Source of the DNA: a virus
IMG/VR virus record: IMGVR_UViG_3300033144_005525
Span: 63,402-127,401 of that record
Reading direction: 5' to 3' (one strand)
Length of the DNA stretch: 64,000 bases
Shown here piece by piece: positions 48,514 through 57,998 of this stretch (position 1 is its first letter; each line of letters begins with the position of its first letter). Position numbers and translations under genes: made by a program. Below the pieces are notes generated by a model, which saw nothing but the letters and a program-made list of their open reading frames with translations, ran no database searches and was not told the origin of the DNA.

Positions 48514-49635
48514 CTAGAACTGCGAGACGTCCGGGAACTTCAGCCCGTCGTCCACACGGTTGTTCACCGCTCCGAGCTCATCCTCTGCCACCGGCAGCTT
48601 GGCTGCGAAGCCCGTGTCCGTTGCGGTCGGGGTGACCGAACCGGCGTAGAGCTCCAGCTTCCGCACCGAGGCCACGTTGATGATCGAAATGGCGATGTCC
48701 ATCCAGGACTGCCACGTGATCATGTTGGCGACTTTGTCGATGTAGAACTTGGTGTTGTTGAGGATGTAGTTCTTGCCCAGGAACTCCGGGGCCGTGAAGA
48801 CGTAGACATTTCCCGTGCGGAGGATGTCGGTCTTGATGGTCCGGATGAGCTTGCGGCCGAGGAGGACGTTGTACTTGTAGCCGTCGACCATCGTCTCCGA
48901 CTGCATCTTGTCACCCATGTCCTGGAGGGTCCAAGACAGGATGTCGTCGTAGTCTGGCTCGGTCATGAGGAACCGCTCCGAGCGCAGACGGTTGCCGTCT
49001 AGCAGCTTGAAGAGGTTGACCAGGTCCGGCCGCAGGATCGGCTGCACCGTGAAGGTGATGCCACCCAGAGTGAGGGCACCGGTGCCCTTGATGACTGCCG
49101 ACTGCACGACTCCGCCACTGTTGACGTCGTCGGCCCGGAGAGCCGTCGCTGAGCCACCGTTGGCTTCGGTCTGGAGACCCTGACACGCCGACTCGATGTG
49201 GCGTGTGAACTCACGGTCCTTGATCTCCTGCAGATCCTTCACCGAGTTGTCCTCGATGATCTTGGTGATCGGCATCTCGTAGGCGAGGAGCTCCTGCTCC
49301 GTCTTCTCGAACTTCTCCGAGCTGACGGTGTAGAAAGGCACCTCTGCCCTCGGGGCACGGATGAACCGAGCCGTCGGCTGACCACGGAAGGTCAGGGTCA
49401 TCGCACGAGACTGGGGCTCGATGTCGACGATCTTGACCAGGGTGTCGTGGTTCACCGACCGCTGGCAGTCGGCCCGGGTGACCGGGTCGGGCGGGATGAT
49501 CTTGTCCACGTAGCAGACCTCACGGAGGCGGTCACGGATGTAGACGCTGCCCAGGGCAGCGACCTTCTCCTTGCCTTCGGAGGTGTCGAGGTTTTGCGCG
49601 AACATGTCGTTGAGAACTCGTGCCGGAACGCTCAT
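48514..49635 (-). CDS. major capsid protein
   Basis: 373 aa; strongly biased codon use; IRDRLRE...IIPP N-arm, DLQEIKD.EF spine helix; order protease-scaffold-decoration-MCP-terminator. Confidence 0.8.
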   Translation of the reverse strand: MSVPARVLNDMFAQNLDTSEGKEKVAALGSVYIRDRLREVCYVDKIIPPDPVTRADCQRSVNHDTLVKIVDIEPQSRAMTLTFRGQPTARFIRAPRAEVPFYTVSSEKFEKTEQELLAYEMPITKIIEDNSVKDLQEIKDREFTRHIESACQGLQTEANGGSATALRADDVNSGGVVQSAVIKGTGALTLGGITFTVQPILRPDLVNLFKLLDGNRLRSERFLMTEPDYDDILSWTLQDMGDKMQSETMVDGYKYNVLLGRKLIRTIKTDILRTGNVYVFTAPEFLGKNYILNNTKFYIDKVANMITWQSWMDIAISIINVASVRKLELYAGSVTPTATDTGFAAKLPVAEDELGAVNNRVDDGLKFPDVSQF

Positions 49636-49687
49636 GGTTGCTTCCTTTCTCTATCTCTTCTGTCAGGTTGCTAAATCAGCGCCCGAA

Positions 49688-50158
49688 CTAGATGGTGATC
49701 TGGAATCCACCGGTGTGGATGAAACGGACCTTGCCACCGCCCGGAAGGCGTGTGACCTGCCCAACCACGAAGTGCTGACCGGCGCCAGCAGCCTCGAGGA
49801 GACCCTGCTTGGTCAACGTGTCGATGGTGACATCGTCGACGACCAGGAAGTCACCGACGACGAGGCCAGTGAGATCTGCGATCGTGGTCTCTGCCTCATA
49901 GGTCCCACCGAACAGGACGATCGACTTCTCGATGGCCTGGGTGTCGTAGCGGCCTCGCTCGGCGAAGACCGGCCACGTGAGGGAAGCGGCTGCTCCGGAG
50001 CCACGGGCCAGCTGGTAGCTGGCGTTGAGACCCAACCACTCACCGTCGAGCAGCGGGTTGGCGTTGTTTGGGTTGAGCAGAGCAGGTACTGCGAGGGAGA
50101 AGTCCCGCCGGGCGACCGGCAGAAGCTCTGAAACCAAGTTGAAGTTCGGTGCGGACAT
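49688..50158 (-). CDS. capsid decoration/cement protein
   Basis: 156-aa beta-rich protein immediately upstream of the MCP. Confidence 0.55.
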   Translation of the reverse strand: MSAPNFNLVSELLPVARRDFSLAVPALLNPNNANPLLDGEWLGLNASYQLARGSGAAASLTWPVFAERGRYDTQAIEKSIVLFGGTYEAETTIADLTGLVVGDFLVVDDVTIDTLTKQGLLEAAGAGQHFVVGQVTRLPGGGKVRFIHTGGFQITI

Positions 50159-50198
50159 TGCGTTATTCTCCTATCGAAGTCGTGTGGTCCGGGGTGAA

Positions 50199-50549
50199 TT
50201 ACCCGTCGAGGAGGCCCGAGGCGAATGCAGAAGCTGCATCCGATGGGTTCCCCACGTGGTCCGAGACCGCCGCCAGTTTGATCTGAGGCGCGGACATGTC
50301 TATGGCCTTCTCGACCACATCGAGATCGTCGTGTTCCAGGAGGGAAGCGACTTTCTCTGCATGAGTGGTGGTGGTGTCGAGTTGCTTCGCCTCCATGTTG
50401 GATGCGATCTTCTCGACTCGGGCTGTCCGCTCGTAAGCGGCAACCTTCTCCTTCAGGCCCTGATTCTCTTCGGACAGAGCTCGAAGAGCCGGCCCCACCT
50501 GAGCGATGGTGGCCGCCACTTGGTCACTGGCCAGTTTGGTCTTCGACAT
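50199..50549 (-). CDS. scaffold-like coiled-coil protein
   Basis: five KxA motifs; helical. Confidence 0.55.
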   Translation of the reverse strand: MSKTKLASDQVAATIAQVGPALRALSEENQGLKEKVAAYERTARVEKIASNMEAKQLDTTTTHAEKVASLLEHDDLDVVEKAIDMSAPQIKLAAVSDHVGNPSDAASAFASGLLDG

Positions 50550-50596
50550 TTGTGCTCCTTCTTCCCGTCTGTCCTTGTGAGGTCCTGAAGAGGGCC

Positions 50597-52054
50597 TTAG
50601 TAGGCCCCACCGCCGCCCATGCCGCCCGGCATATCACCCATGGAGTTCTTCTCGGCCGCAGCCTTCAGCTTGCACACCTTGCAGGTGCCCTCGCCTCCGC
50701 ACTCACAGCCTTCCATGGCTACTTTGCCCGTCTGAGCGAACTGGTTGACAGTCTCTTGGGTGATGCGACCTTCAGCAGCTGCCTGCTTGATAATCGCGCT
50801 TGCACTTGCCTCTGCGATCTTCACCCCGGCCTGGCCGGCATTACGCAGTTGCTCTCGCAGTTTGGAATCCGTCGAAGGATTGAATGCCGGCTCGGTCAGG
50901 ACTTCCTTCATCTGCTTGCCCTGAGGCTTCTTGGCATCTGCCTTCGTGTAGTCGATGGCTGCCTGGTTGCCCTGCACGTGAGTGCGTTGTGGGTTCCCGT
51001 AGCCGGAGCCATCGGTAGCATTGCTGGGCACCTGCTCGGCCTGGTGGGCGTCCATCACACCATCACCGACCAGAGGGCCGCCGCCCTTGTCACCGCTGAT
51101 CTTCGCCTTCATGACGTCTTCACCGGCGAGCTTGCGTAGGATCTTGTCCCTGGCGATTTCGGCGGCTGTCTTTTCTTTGGAGCCTTCGCCTCCGGCAGTC
51201 TTGTTCTTCTTACCGCCACCCATGATGGCACTTGCACCTGCTGCACCACCTGCGACGCCGGCAGCGGGAACTCCGTAGCCGATGGCACGTGCAGTGTTGG
51301 GATTCATCCTGGTTGCAGCACCCTTTCCAGCTCGGGTGACTCCCTCGGTGACCTTGCGGCCCAATCCCTGGGCAGCGTCATCGACGAACCGAGCGGCGTT
51401 ACCGAGCATTCCTGCAGTCTTGGCACAGGCACACTTCTCGCCGGCCATCTTGCAGTTCCCGCACATGGCTTCCTTCTGAAGAACCTGGCTACCAGCCCTC
51501 TTCAGGAGATCGACCATGGCGGTCTTGCCGCCGGCATGGAACGGCCCGGCCGGTGGGTAGGTGGCTGTGGGAACTGATCCGGAGCCCTGCCCAGGAGCCG
51601 AATCCATGTCGTTCTTCATCTGGGTAGCTCCACCGGGGAGACCGGCGGTGCCTTCGGGAGTGGACGCCTGCGAAGCGGAGGCATCCTCACCCTTCGGGGA
51701 GTCCTTCTTGTACTTCTGGGTGCCCGGCATCGACGCCTGGACAGAGAGCTGCTCCGGAGTCGTGACTGCCGGGGGCATGTCCACACCAGCCATCTTGGCC
51801 ATGGCGTCACCGAGTACTCCACGGTTCGGGGTCTCGATACCGTCGATGTTGCCGGCGATGAAATCGCAAGCAGAAGCCAGCTTCTCGACGAAGGCAGGAT
51901 CGGTCCAGGACTGCTCCTCTTCCTGATCACCTTCATCGGTCTCTGGAGTCTCCGGCTTCTCGGGGAGATCTTGTTGACTGGCCAGCTTCTCGGTTGCCCG
52001 ATTCACTACGCCGGCGATCATCTCCTGAAGGGGAAGGTTGCTGATGGACGACAT
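50597..52054 (-). CDS. scaffold/internal head protein with many KxA motifs
   Basis: more than ten KxA sites; one Gly-zipper module. Confidence 0.6.
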   Translation of the reverse strand: MSSISNLPLQEMIAGVVNRATEKLASQQDLPEKPETPETDEGDQEEEQSWTDPAFVEKLASACDFIAGNIDGIETPNRGVLGDAMAKMAGVDMPPAVTTPEQLSVQASMPGTQKYKKDSPKGEDASASQASTPEGTAGLPGGATQMKNDMDSAPGQGSGSVPTATYPPAGPFHAGGKTAMVDLLKRAGSQVLQKEAMCGNCKMAGEKCACAKTAGMLGNAARFVDDAAQGLGRKVTEGVTRAGKGAATRMNPNTARAIGYGVPAAGVAGGAAGASAIMGGGKKNKTAGGEGSKEKTAAEIARDKILRKLAGEDVMKAKISGDKGGGPLVGDGVMDAHQAEQVPSNATDGSGYGNPQRTHVQGNQAAIDYTKADAKKPQGKQMKEVLTEPAFNPSTDSKLREQLRNAGQAGVKIAEASASAIIKQAAAEGRITQETVNQFAQTGKVAMEGCECGGEGTCKVCKLKAAAEKNSMGDMPGGMGGGGAY

Positions 52055-52063
52055 TGATTCTCC

Positions 52064-52330
52064 TTAGCTCTTCACAACGGGTGGAGCCGACACTGGCTGC
52101 TGGCCGGCCATCGGGCTCGGCGTCGGGACAGAGTGGACCTTTGCGTAGGCAGACGGAGTCTTCGAGAGGACTCCACCCTTCTTCGGCTGTTTCGGACGAA
52201 TCATTCCCAGGCCTGTCGGAGGTGGAGGCGCCATGGTCTGCACCTGCCCGGCCATCGGAGTAGGCATGTTGGCTGTCTTGATCATAGACAGCTCATTTGA
52301 GAATGCTCGTATCTGGTTCACGTTGAACAT
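52064..52330 (-). CDS. small Pro-rich head cargo-like protein
   Basis: AFSNELSMIKTA leader. Confidence 0.55.
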   Translation of the reverse strand: MFNVNQIRAFSNELSMIKTANMPTPMAGQVQTMAPPPPTGLGMIRPKQPKKGGVLSKTPSAYAKVHSVPTPSPMAGQQPVSAPPVVKS

Positions 52331-52339
52331 TTCCGCTAG

Positions 52340-53101
52340 TTAACGTCGTCTACTACTGACCCTCGAGTACATGTCTCGAGCACCGTGGACATAGGCCCGT
52401 CCAAGCTGCTTACGCTCTTTTTTGCGGTGGCCTTTTACAGCACCCTTACCGGCTGTGAGGGCACCAGCACCGGCTGCTGCACGAACTCCAAGGGACCTCA
52501 GAGCTTCAGATCTGGTGGCCTTGTCCTTGATACCGGCAACTCCAAGGTTACCTGGTCGAGGTCCCGCACCTTCGAAGGTCACAGTCTTCTTACCGGGAAC
52601 GTGCTCAGTCACCTTGGATGTTGTGGGCTTCTTGCCAAAGAACTTAGCCAAGGTGCCTGGTTGTTTGGTGACAGTCGTTGTCTTGGGGACCAGCGTCGAG
52701 GTGGTCTGTTTGAGGTTTCCCTTGGCCCCACCCATGAATAGCTGGCCGACACGACGAGCTGCATCACCAGCAGTGCTGGCAATCTTCTGGAATTCATCGC
52801 TGAAGCCGCCTAGCTTGGCCATTTCATAGGAAGTGGGCATGTCAGATAGCTCCATTGCTTTTTTCTCTTTGGCGATCATCTTCGCCCCGATTTTCTTCGG
52901 GTCGGCACCACGTACCCAGGACTTCGTTCCGGTACTGTGCTTGGCTTTGGCGACTCTTTTTCCAAGAGTGGTCCCATACTTCTTGGGACTCTTGCCCATC
53001 GCATGTGACTGCTGAGTGGCGATCGCCCACGACGTGCTCTCTCCCATGTCCGGATTCTTTGCCCGGATGTGAGCTGCTCGGTCGTGTATCCACTTGGGCA
53101 T
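52340..53101 (-). CDS. basic head cargo-like protein
   Basis: WAIATQQ N-domain; GFSDEFQKIA; C-terminal Gly-rich helix. Confidence 0.6.
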   Translation of the reverse strand: MPKWIHDRAAHIRAKNPDMGESTSWAIATQQSHAMGKSPKKYGTTLGKRVAKAKHSTGTKSWVRGADPKKIGAKMIAKEKKAMELSDMPTSYEMAKLGGFSDEFQKIASTAGDAARRVGQLFMGGAKGNLKQTTSTLVPKTTTVTKQPGTLAKFFGKKPTTSKVTEHVPGKKTVTFEGAGPRPGNLGVAGIKDKATRSEALRSLGVRAAAGAGALTAGKGAVKGHRKKERKQLGRAYVHGARDMYSRVSSRRR

Positions 53102-53137
53102 TCATCTTGCTTGTTTACAGTCGTTTACAACTCGGTA

Positions 53138-53163
53138 GGTGGGGGCCCCGAAGAGCCCCCACC
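53138..53163 (-). terminator. stable hairpin with cUUCGg tetraloop (terminator or mRNA stabiliser)
   Basis: GGTGGGGGCTC TTCG GGGCCCCCACC; no U-run. Confidence 0.5.
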
Positions 53164-53176
53164 ATTCCGGGGCGCT

Positions 53177-53794
53177 CTACTTGATGTAGCCGTTCTCGTG
53201 TAGGAACTGGATCGCCATTTCCTGTGCACGGGATTCCGCCAACTTCTCGACGTACTGGGCTGCGTTCTGGGGGATCTCACCACCGGCAGCGGGATCGGCC
53301 TGAGCAGCCTGCTGCTCTTCCGGCGGAACGACGGTACCGCCGAGGGCGGCGATCGCCTGGGTGAGGGGACCCTGTGCCGTCTTCTCGGCTGGCGGGCACT
53401 CACATTTCGCCTTGTCGCACTTGTCGCACTTCTTCTCTTCGGCTGCTGCCGGAGGGAACGGTGGCGGTCCACCCTCAGAAGCGATCTTCGACAGCTCCTG
53501 GGTGTAGGAGTGAGCCATGACCCTACCGAGGAAGTCGGCCTCGGCGAATTTCGCCTGAGCTTCTTCTTCGCCTGCGGGAACCTGTGCTTCAGGAGCGGCC
53601 GTGCCAGGCTGAGCTTCGTTGTCAGAGACAACCTGCTGAGCGAGTGAGTCGAGCTGCTCTTCGTTGAGACCAGAGAGGTCGATCCCCTCCGACTCGGCGA
53701 GCTTCTCGAGCATCATGGCCTGGGCGGTCTTCTCGAGGTCATTTTCGGAACCAGCAGCGTTGGTGCCATAGACGTTTGCGAGCCATTCATCCAT
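53177..53794 (-). CDS. acidic scaffold-like protein with KxA motifs
   Basis: EKTA, EKLA, SKIA; RBS AAGGAG. Confidence 0.65.
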   Translation of the reverse strand: MDEWLANVYGTNAAGSENDLEKTAQAMMLEKLAESEGIDLSGLNEEQLDSLAQQVVSDNEAQPGTAAPEAQVPAGEEEAQAKFAEADFLGRVMAHSYTQELSKIASEGGPPPFPPAAAEEKKCDKCDKAKCECPPAEKTAQGPLTQAIAALGGTVVPPEEQQAAQADPAAGGEIPQNAAQYVEKLAESRAQEMAIQFLHENGYIK

Positions 53795-53852
53795 CGTTTT
53801 TCTCCTTGGAGTAGAGCGCTACCGGAACCATCTTCGAGATGGGATTCCACCT

Positions 53853-55976
53853 CTAAGCAGCCGCTAGTACGCCCGATTGGGCCAGAGCCTCCGAATGGAA
53901 GTCCCTGTCTTCGTAGTGAGCCCCAACCAGGTATGCCAACGACTCGGGGCCCAAGACGTTGACACTAGCAGACTTCGTGATCCCGCCGGCGAAGGCCTGC
54001 ACCATGCTCTCACCCGCCGTAGCGAGCATGAGCTGGGGATCAGAAGCCATGGAACGTTCTACAACGCTGGCCTTCTTTACGAGAGAGCGTCGATAGCCAT
54101 TGTACAGCTCCGCCACCTTCTCCAAGAACTTGTCCCCACGAATCGGAGTGGGGGAACTCATACGAACATTCAACTGAGACACCAACGAAGCCCTCTTCTC
54201 CAGAGCGGGGGCTGCGATGGAACGACCGGGAGCAAACTGCATCAACGACGATTTCAATTCTGGATCCACCGAGGCTTCGTTGATTTCGATGGAGTCGTCA
54301 ATCTCTGTGGAGGGAGCAAAGACCTGATTACGGCCCTCGAGATCCTCTGCTAGAGCTTCCTCGCCGATCTTGGTGAGCACCATGTGCTGGAACTCTTGGG
54401 GCTTGAGAACGATCCCCAACATAGCTGCTGTCGAAGTGGAGACGTCGAACGCATGTTTCGACATCTGCTTGAGGACATTCTTTGGAAGAGTCCCCTCTGC
54501 TCTTTCCAACTTGGGCAACATAGCTTTCCGGAACGGTCCGGCTGGTATACTTTTTATAATCTCGCCAGCCTTCGAGTGGGAAGCGCTTTTTTCTCCGGGG
54601 GTTACCAAGAACGCCTCGGCCAGTTCGTCAAAGCTGCCACAGGAGTTGTCTGAGGCCTTCTTCGAGTGACCCTGCAGATACGAGGAGAAGGCCTGTGGAG
54701 TCATCTCCGTGGCTCCGCCAAACAGCTTGGCAGGGATATGTTTCAGGTACATAAGGGTCGCCGCCTTCTTCGACGAGAAACCCAGCATGACCTTGTCTTC
54801 GTCGTGCGTTCCGTCCTTCTTCAGCTGTCGGACGACGTAAACATCGGATCCTGCCTGCGGCTCTACGGCCAGGTAGATATCTACGGTCTCCCCGTCTTTG
54901 CCCAGGGTCTTGGGGATGTAACCGTAAGCGGCCTTCATCTCCCTCGACCACTTCTTGCCTTTGTCGTCCGTACCGGAACGTGTGTCGCCGGCGTCGACCT
55001 CGATCTTCAGAGTATGCCCATCGAAGGTGGTTTGGCGTTTAACTGCCTTACCAGCGGTCTTTTCGTAGATGGGGAAGCTCTCTGTGGCCACCTTCTGCAT
55101 GGCCCACTGATCCGCTAGATCCTGAGCTCTGAGCTCGGTGGGAGCAGAGAAGGCCTCCCCCACTTCTGCACTGGAGCGGGAAATTGAACAGAACTCCCCA
55201 AGACACTGCTGATTCTCCACACTGGCCAGCTTGGCAAGCATTTTGGCCGACTTGTCGGCGCCGATGAAGACGAAGCTGATGTCGAAGAACCTGGGGGTAT
55301 CGTTGCGGACAGCTACCTTGCGACCGTCCGGCAAGATCTTGTTCATCAGGAGCTTGGCGTCGTCGCAGTAGTCCTTGCGGGTCTTCGACTTGTGCCCACA
55401 TATCGTACATATGTCGTGGGGGACTTTGCAGCCCATCGACACATCCGGGAACTCCCCGTTGTCGATCCGGTTGATGACGTCTTCTGCCAGCCACTTCTTG
55501 CACAGAGCTCGGTCCAGATAGACCACAAGCTCGACGCGGTGCATCATGGGGTTCCACACCGCAATCTTCACCTCGCCGAAGGCCCTGCTCGGGTCCTTGT
55601 TGACGTGGTGCTTGTACGGGTAGGCGTTCATGAAGGAGGGAAAACCGTACTTCCAGGTTTTTCCCACCTTCTTCATCTCCTCCGGGGACATCTCATTCCA
55701 GTTGGGAGGAGAGTGAATCAGAGCGGCCTCAGGGAACAGGTCTCCGTTGACGTTGGATCCCCAGTACTCCCCGGCCCCCAAAGCGCTCACCAGGATGTAG
55801 ACGCCCTTGTCGGTAGGCTTCAGATCCTTGATGTAGCGTCGTACAGCTGGGTGCAGCTTTGAAGGCTTGGATGCAGCTGTCTTCTCAAGACCGTCCAAGA
55901 AGTCATGGCCCCAAAGGGGTTGGCAGAAGACATTCCCTTCGTCGTCCTGCCCTCTGAATTGGATCTGCTTGATCAC
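53853..55976 (-). CDS. prohead maturation protease with inserted inorganic pyrophosphatase-like domain
   Basis: N.NGD.FP, YKHH, DVSMGC (clan SH-like His/Ser); insert R.G.D..GK.W...M.A.YGYI..T.G.DG..VD.Y...DEDKVMLGF. Confidence 0.75.
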   Translation of the reverse strand: MIKQIQFRGQDDEGNVFCQPLWGHDFLDGLEKTAASKPSKLHPAVRRYIKDLKPTDKGVYILVSALGAGEYWGSNVNGDLFPEAALIHSPPNWNEMSPEEMKKVGKTWKYGFPSFMNAYPYKHHVNKDPSRAFGEVKIAVWNPMMHRVELVVYLDRALCKKWLAEDVINRIDNGEFPDVSMGCKVPHDICTICGHKSKTRKDYCDDAKLLMNKILPDGRKVAVRNDTPRFFDISFVFIGADKSAKMLAKLASVENQQCLGEFCSISRSSAEVGEAFSAPTELRAQDLADQWAMQKVATESFPIYEKTAGKAVKRQTTFDGHTLKIEVDAGDTRSGTDDKGKKWSREMKAAYGYIPKTLGKDGETVDIYLAVEPQAGSDVYVVRQLKKDGTHDEDKVMLGFSSKKAATLMYLKHIPAKLFGGATEMTPQAFSSYLQGHSKKASDNSCGSFDELAEAFLVTPGEKSASHSKAGEIIKSIPAGPFRKAMLPKLERAEGTLPKNVLKQMSKHAFDVSTSTAAMLGIVLKPQEFQHMVLTKIGEEALAEDLEGRNQVFAPSTEIDDSIEINEASVDPELKSSLMQFAPGRSIAAPALEKRASLVSQLNVRMSSPTPIRGDKFLEKVAELYNGYRRSLVKKASVVERSMASDPQLMLATAGESMVQAFAGGITKSASVNVLGPESLAYLVGAHYEDRDFHSEALAQSGVLAAA

Positions 55977-55984
55977 AGAGAGTG

Positions 55985-56683
55985 CTACTTCTTCACGCCT
56001 TCATTTTGCCAGTTACGCTCCGCTATGTTGGCCTCGGCCCTGAGCTTCCTATTCTGATGACCTCCGATTTCGAACTGCTGTGTCTGCTGAGCTTGGTCTG
56101 CAGCAGAAGGAGTCTGCTGCCAGGGCATACCACCTAGGGGTCTCGCGCCTCTGGCATCTTTGATGGCCTTCCTAGAAGACACCAAACCCTGCACCGATCC
56201 CAAATCTCCCTCTGGGAACTGGGACTGAGATCGAACGTAGGAACCTGCGACATTTGGATCAGAGGAGAACTCTGGATTGAAGCGATGCAGAGTGTTGAAG
56301 TGGGACTGTATGGCGACTGGATCCTCTTTCTTGAGGTCCGGATTTGCTTCCATCATCGCCTTGTAGTTGCGACTCTTGGTGATTCCTCGATGGGCCGCAT
56401 CGGCCAAATCACCAGCAAGACTGGCAGCTACACCAAGACCTGTGATGGTCGCTCCATACAGAGCTGCATCTCCAGCCTTGCTGCCCATGAATTTACCGAA
56501 ACCACTCTTGATGGCTCCCCCCACGGACGACATAGAGATGGCAGTCTTGATGATGTGGTCGAGCTCTCCAACGATCTGATCCCGGAACGGGCTCGATCTG
56601 ATCTCGGCCGCCGTCTTGAGTAGGAAGTCGTACTTGACCGGTTCGACCTCAGCAACCTTCTGCATCAATTCATGAGTATTCAT
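55985..56683 (-). CDS. head cargo-like protein with KxA leader and hydrophobic helix
   Basis: KVA, KTA, IKTA|ISMSSVGGAIKSG. Confidence 0.6.
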   Translation of the reverse strand: MNTHELMQKVAEVEPVKYDFLLKTAAEIRSSPFRDQIVGELDHIIKTAISMSSVGGAIKSGFGKFMGSKAGDAALYGATITGLGVAASLAGDLADAAHRGITKSRNYKAMMEANPDLKKEDPVAIQSHFNTLHRFNPEFSSDPNVAGSYVRSQSQFPEGDLGSVQGLVSSRKAIKDARGARPLGGMPWQQTPSAADQAQQTQQFEIGGHQNRKLRAEANIAERNWQNEGVKK

Positions 56684-56943
56684 CAGAACTTATGCCCTCG
56701 TAGCTTCAGTTCCTGGATCCGTGGATCGAACCCTCGGCTGTATTCTCTGGACTTACCCAGAGCACTACCAGCCACACCCACAGTGCCCAAAGCTCCGGCT
56801 CCAAACATCATGGGGCCCAATACCGGACCACCCAATCTCTTGGACCCGCGGAACATGGCCCCAACAACACTCGAGCTCTTCTCGAGCTCAGCTACTTGAG
56901 CTCTTAGCGTCGACTGATGCTCTGTAAGCTGCCGGAAGTTCAT
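56683..56943 (-). CDS. small Gly-zipper protein
   Basis: GAGALGTVGVAG; coupled to neighbouring genes. Confidence 0.55.
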   Translation of the reverse strand: MNFRQLTEHQSTLRAQVAELEKSSSVVGAMFRGSKRLGGPVLGPMMFGAGALGTVGVAGSALGKSREYSRGFDPRIQELKLRGHKF

Positions 56944-57962
56944 CGGAGAGACTGCAAGAATCCTTGTGTCTGCTCTCGACTCTTCTGGACCTCATCGAGA
57001 GCCAGAGCTGATTTATCCCGCTCATTTGCAGCCTTGACGATGCCAGAGAACGTTCGGAAGAGGGGATGGTCGGTGTTGACGACTCTGTTCATGGAGGCCG
57101 TCTTGCTCATCTCGCTCGAGCGTACGGCCCCCTCTTTCACCAGACGCTCAGCGACAGGCTTGAGGATCTGGAAGGCGAATCTGTGACTTGGGGCTGCCAG
57201 CTTCACGACCTGAGTGACTCCTGAAAGCCCAGAGCCTTCGGGGTTCAGACACTCGCTCTTGGCCGCCTGATAGAACTCTTCCTCGGCCTGCTTGAGAATC
57301 AGATCGAAGCACTCATGGGCTTCTTTCAGCTTCTCCTCGGTGGCTCGGAGACGCACATCTGCGTCATGTACATCGTGGATCGGGTCGGCGTGTAGCTCAT
57401 GATCCACCACTACCGGCGCCGCGGCCGCAGTCTTGGAAATTGGCTCACCTGTTCCCTCGACGCCAGATGTGTTGTCCTGGCGGCTGAATTCGGTGAAAGC
57501 AGACGAAAGGTCCTGGAAACCTTGGTCTGAGGACGGACTGGACTCGTACCCAGGGGGCTTCCTGTAGTTGCTGCCATCCCCAACCGCTGGGTGCCCAGAG
57601 GTCTTGCCCTGGGATGGTCCGTTGTTGAGGGTCTTCCCATCGTGATTCGGGGATCCTCCATCCTTGAGGTCTCGGATGATGACCCCAGGATCTGCCACAT
57701 CGAAGTGGACGTTCTTGTCCGCGCTGTCGGAATGCATCTTCTGGAATACGGCATTGTTGGCGAACTCGGAAATCCGCTTCACATGCTCGTTCTGTATTCC
57801 TGGGTACTCCGAAGCCAACTTCACGATCGATTCATTGAGAGACGTTTCGTCCTTCAAGAACCGCTGGGCCGCTTGTTTACCCAGTGTCTCCAGCAGCTCG
57901 GGACTCACTCCCTGGTTGCTAGATCCCCCCGTGAGCAATTGCTGCAGGATGTCTGTCGCCAT
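56940..57962 (-). CDS. head-region protein with KxA motifs
   Basis: LNESIVKLA...HVKRISEFAN; RBS GGAGG. Confidence 0.65.
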   Translation of the reverse strand: MATDILQQLLTGGSSNQGVSPELLETLGKQAAQRFLKDETSLNESIVKLASEYPGIQNEHVKRISEFANNAVFQKMHSDSADKNVHFDVADPGVIIRDLKDGGSPNHDGKTLNNGPSQGKTSGHPAVGDGSNYRKPPGYESSPSSDQGFQDLSSAFTEFSRQDNTSGVEGTGEPISKTAAAAPVVVDHELHADPIHDVHDADVRLRATEEKLKEAHECFDLILKQAEEEFYQAAKSECLNPEGSGLSGVTQVVKLAAPSHRFAFQILKPVAERLVKEGAVRSSEMSKTASMNRVVNTDHPLFRTFSGIVKAANERDKSALALDEVQKSREQTQGFLQSLR

Positions 57963-57998
57963 TCGCTAAGGCCTCCGTGTATCTTGGATAGTAGGTAA

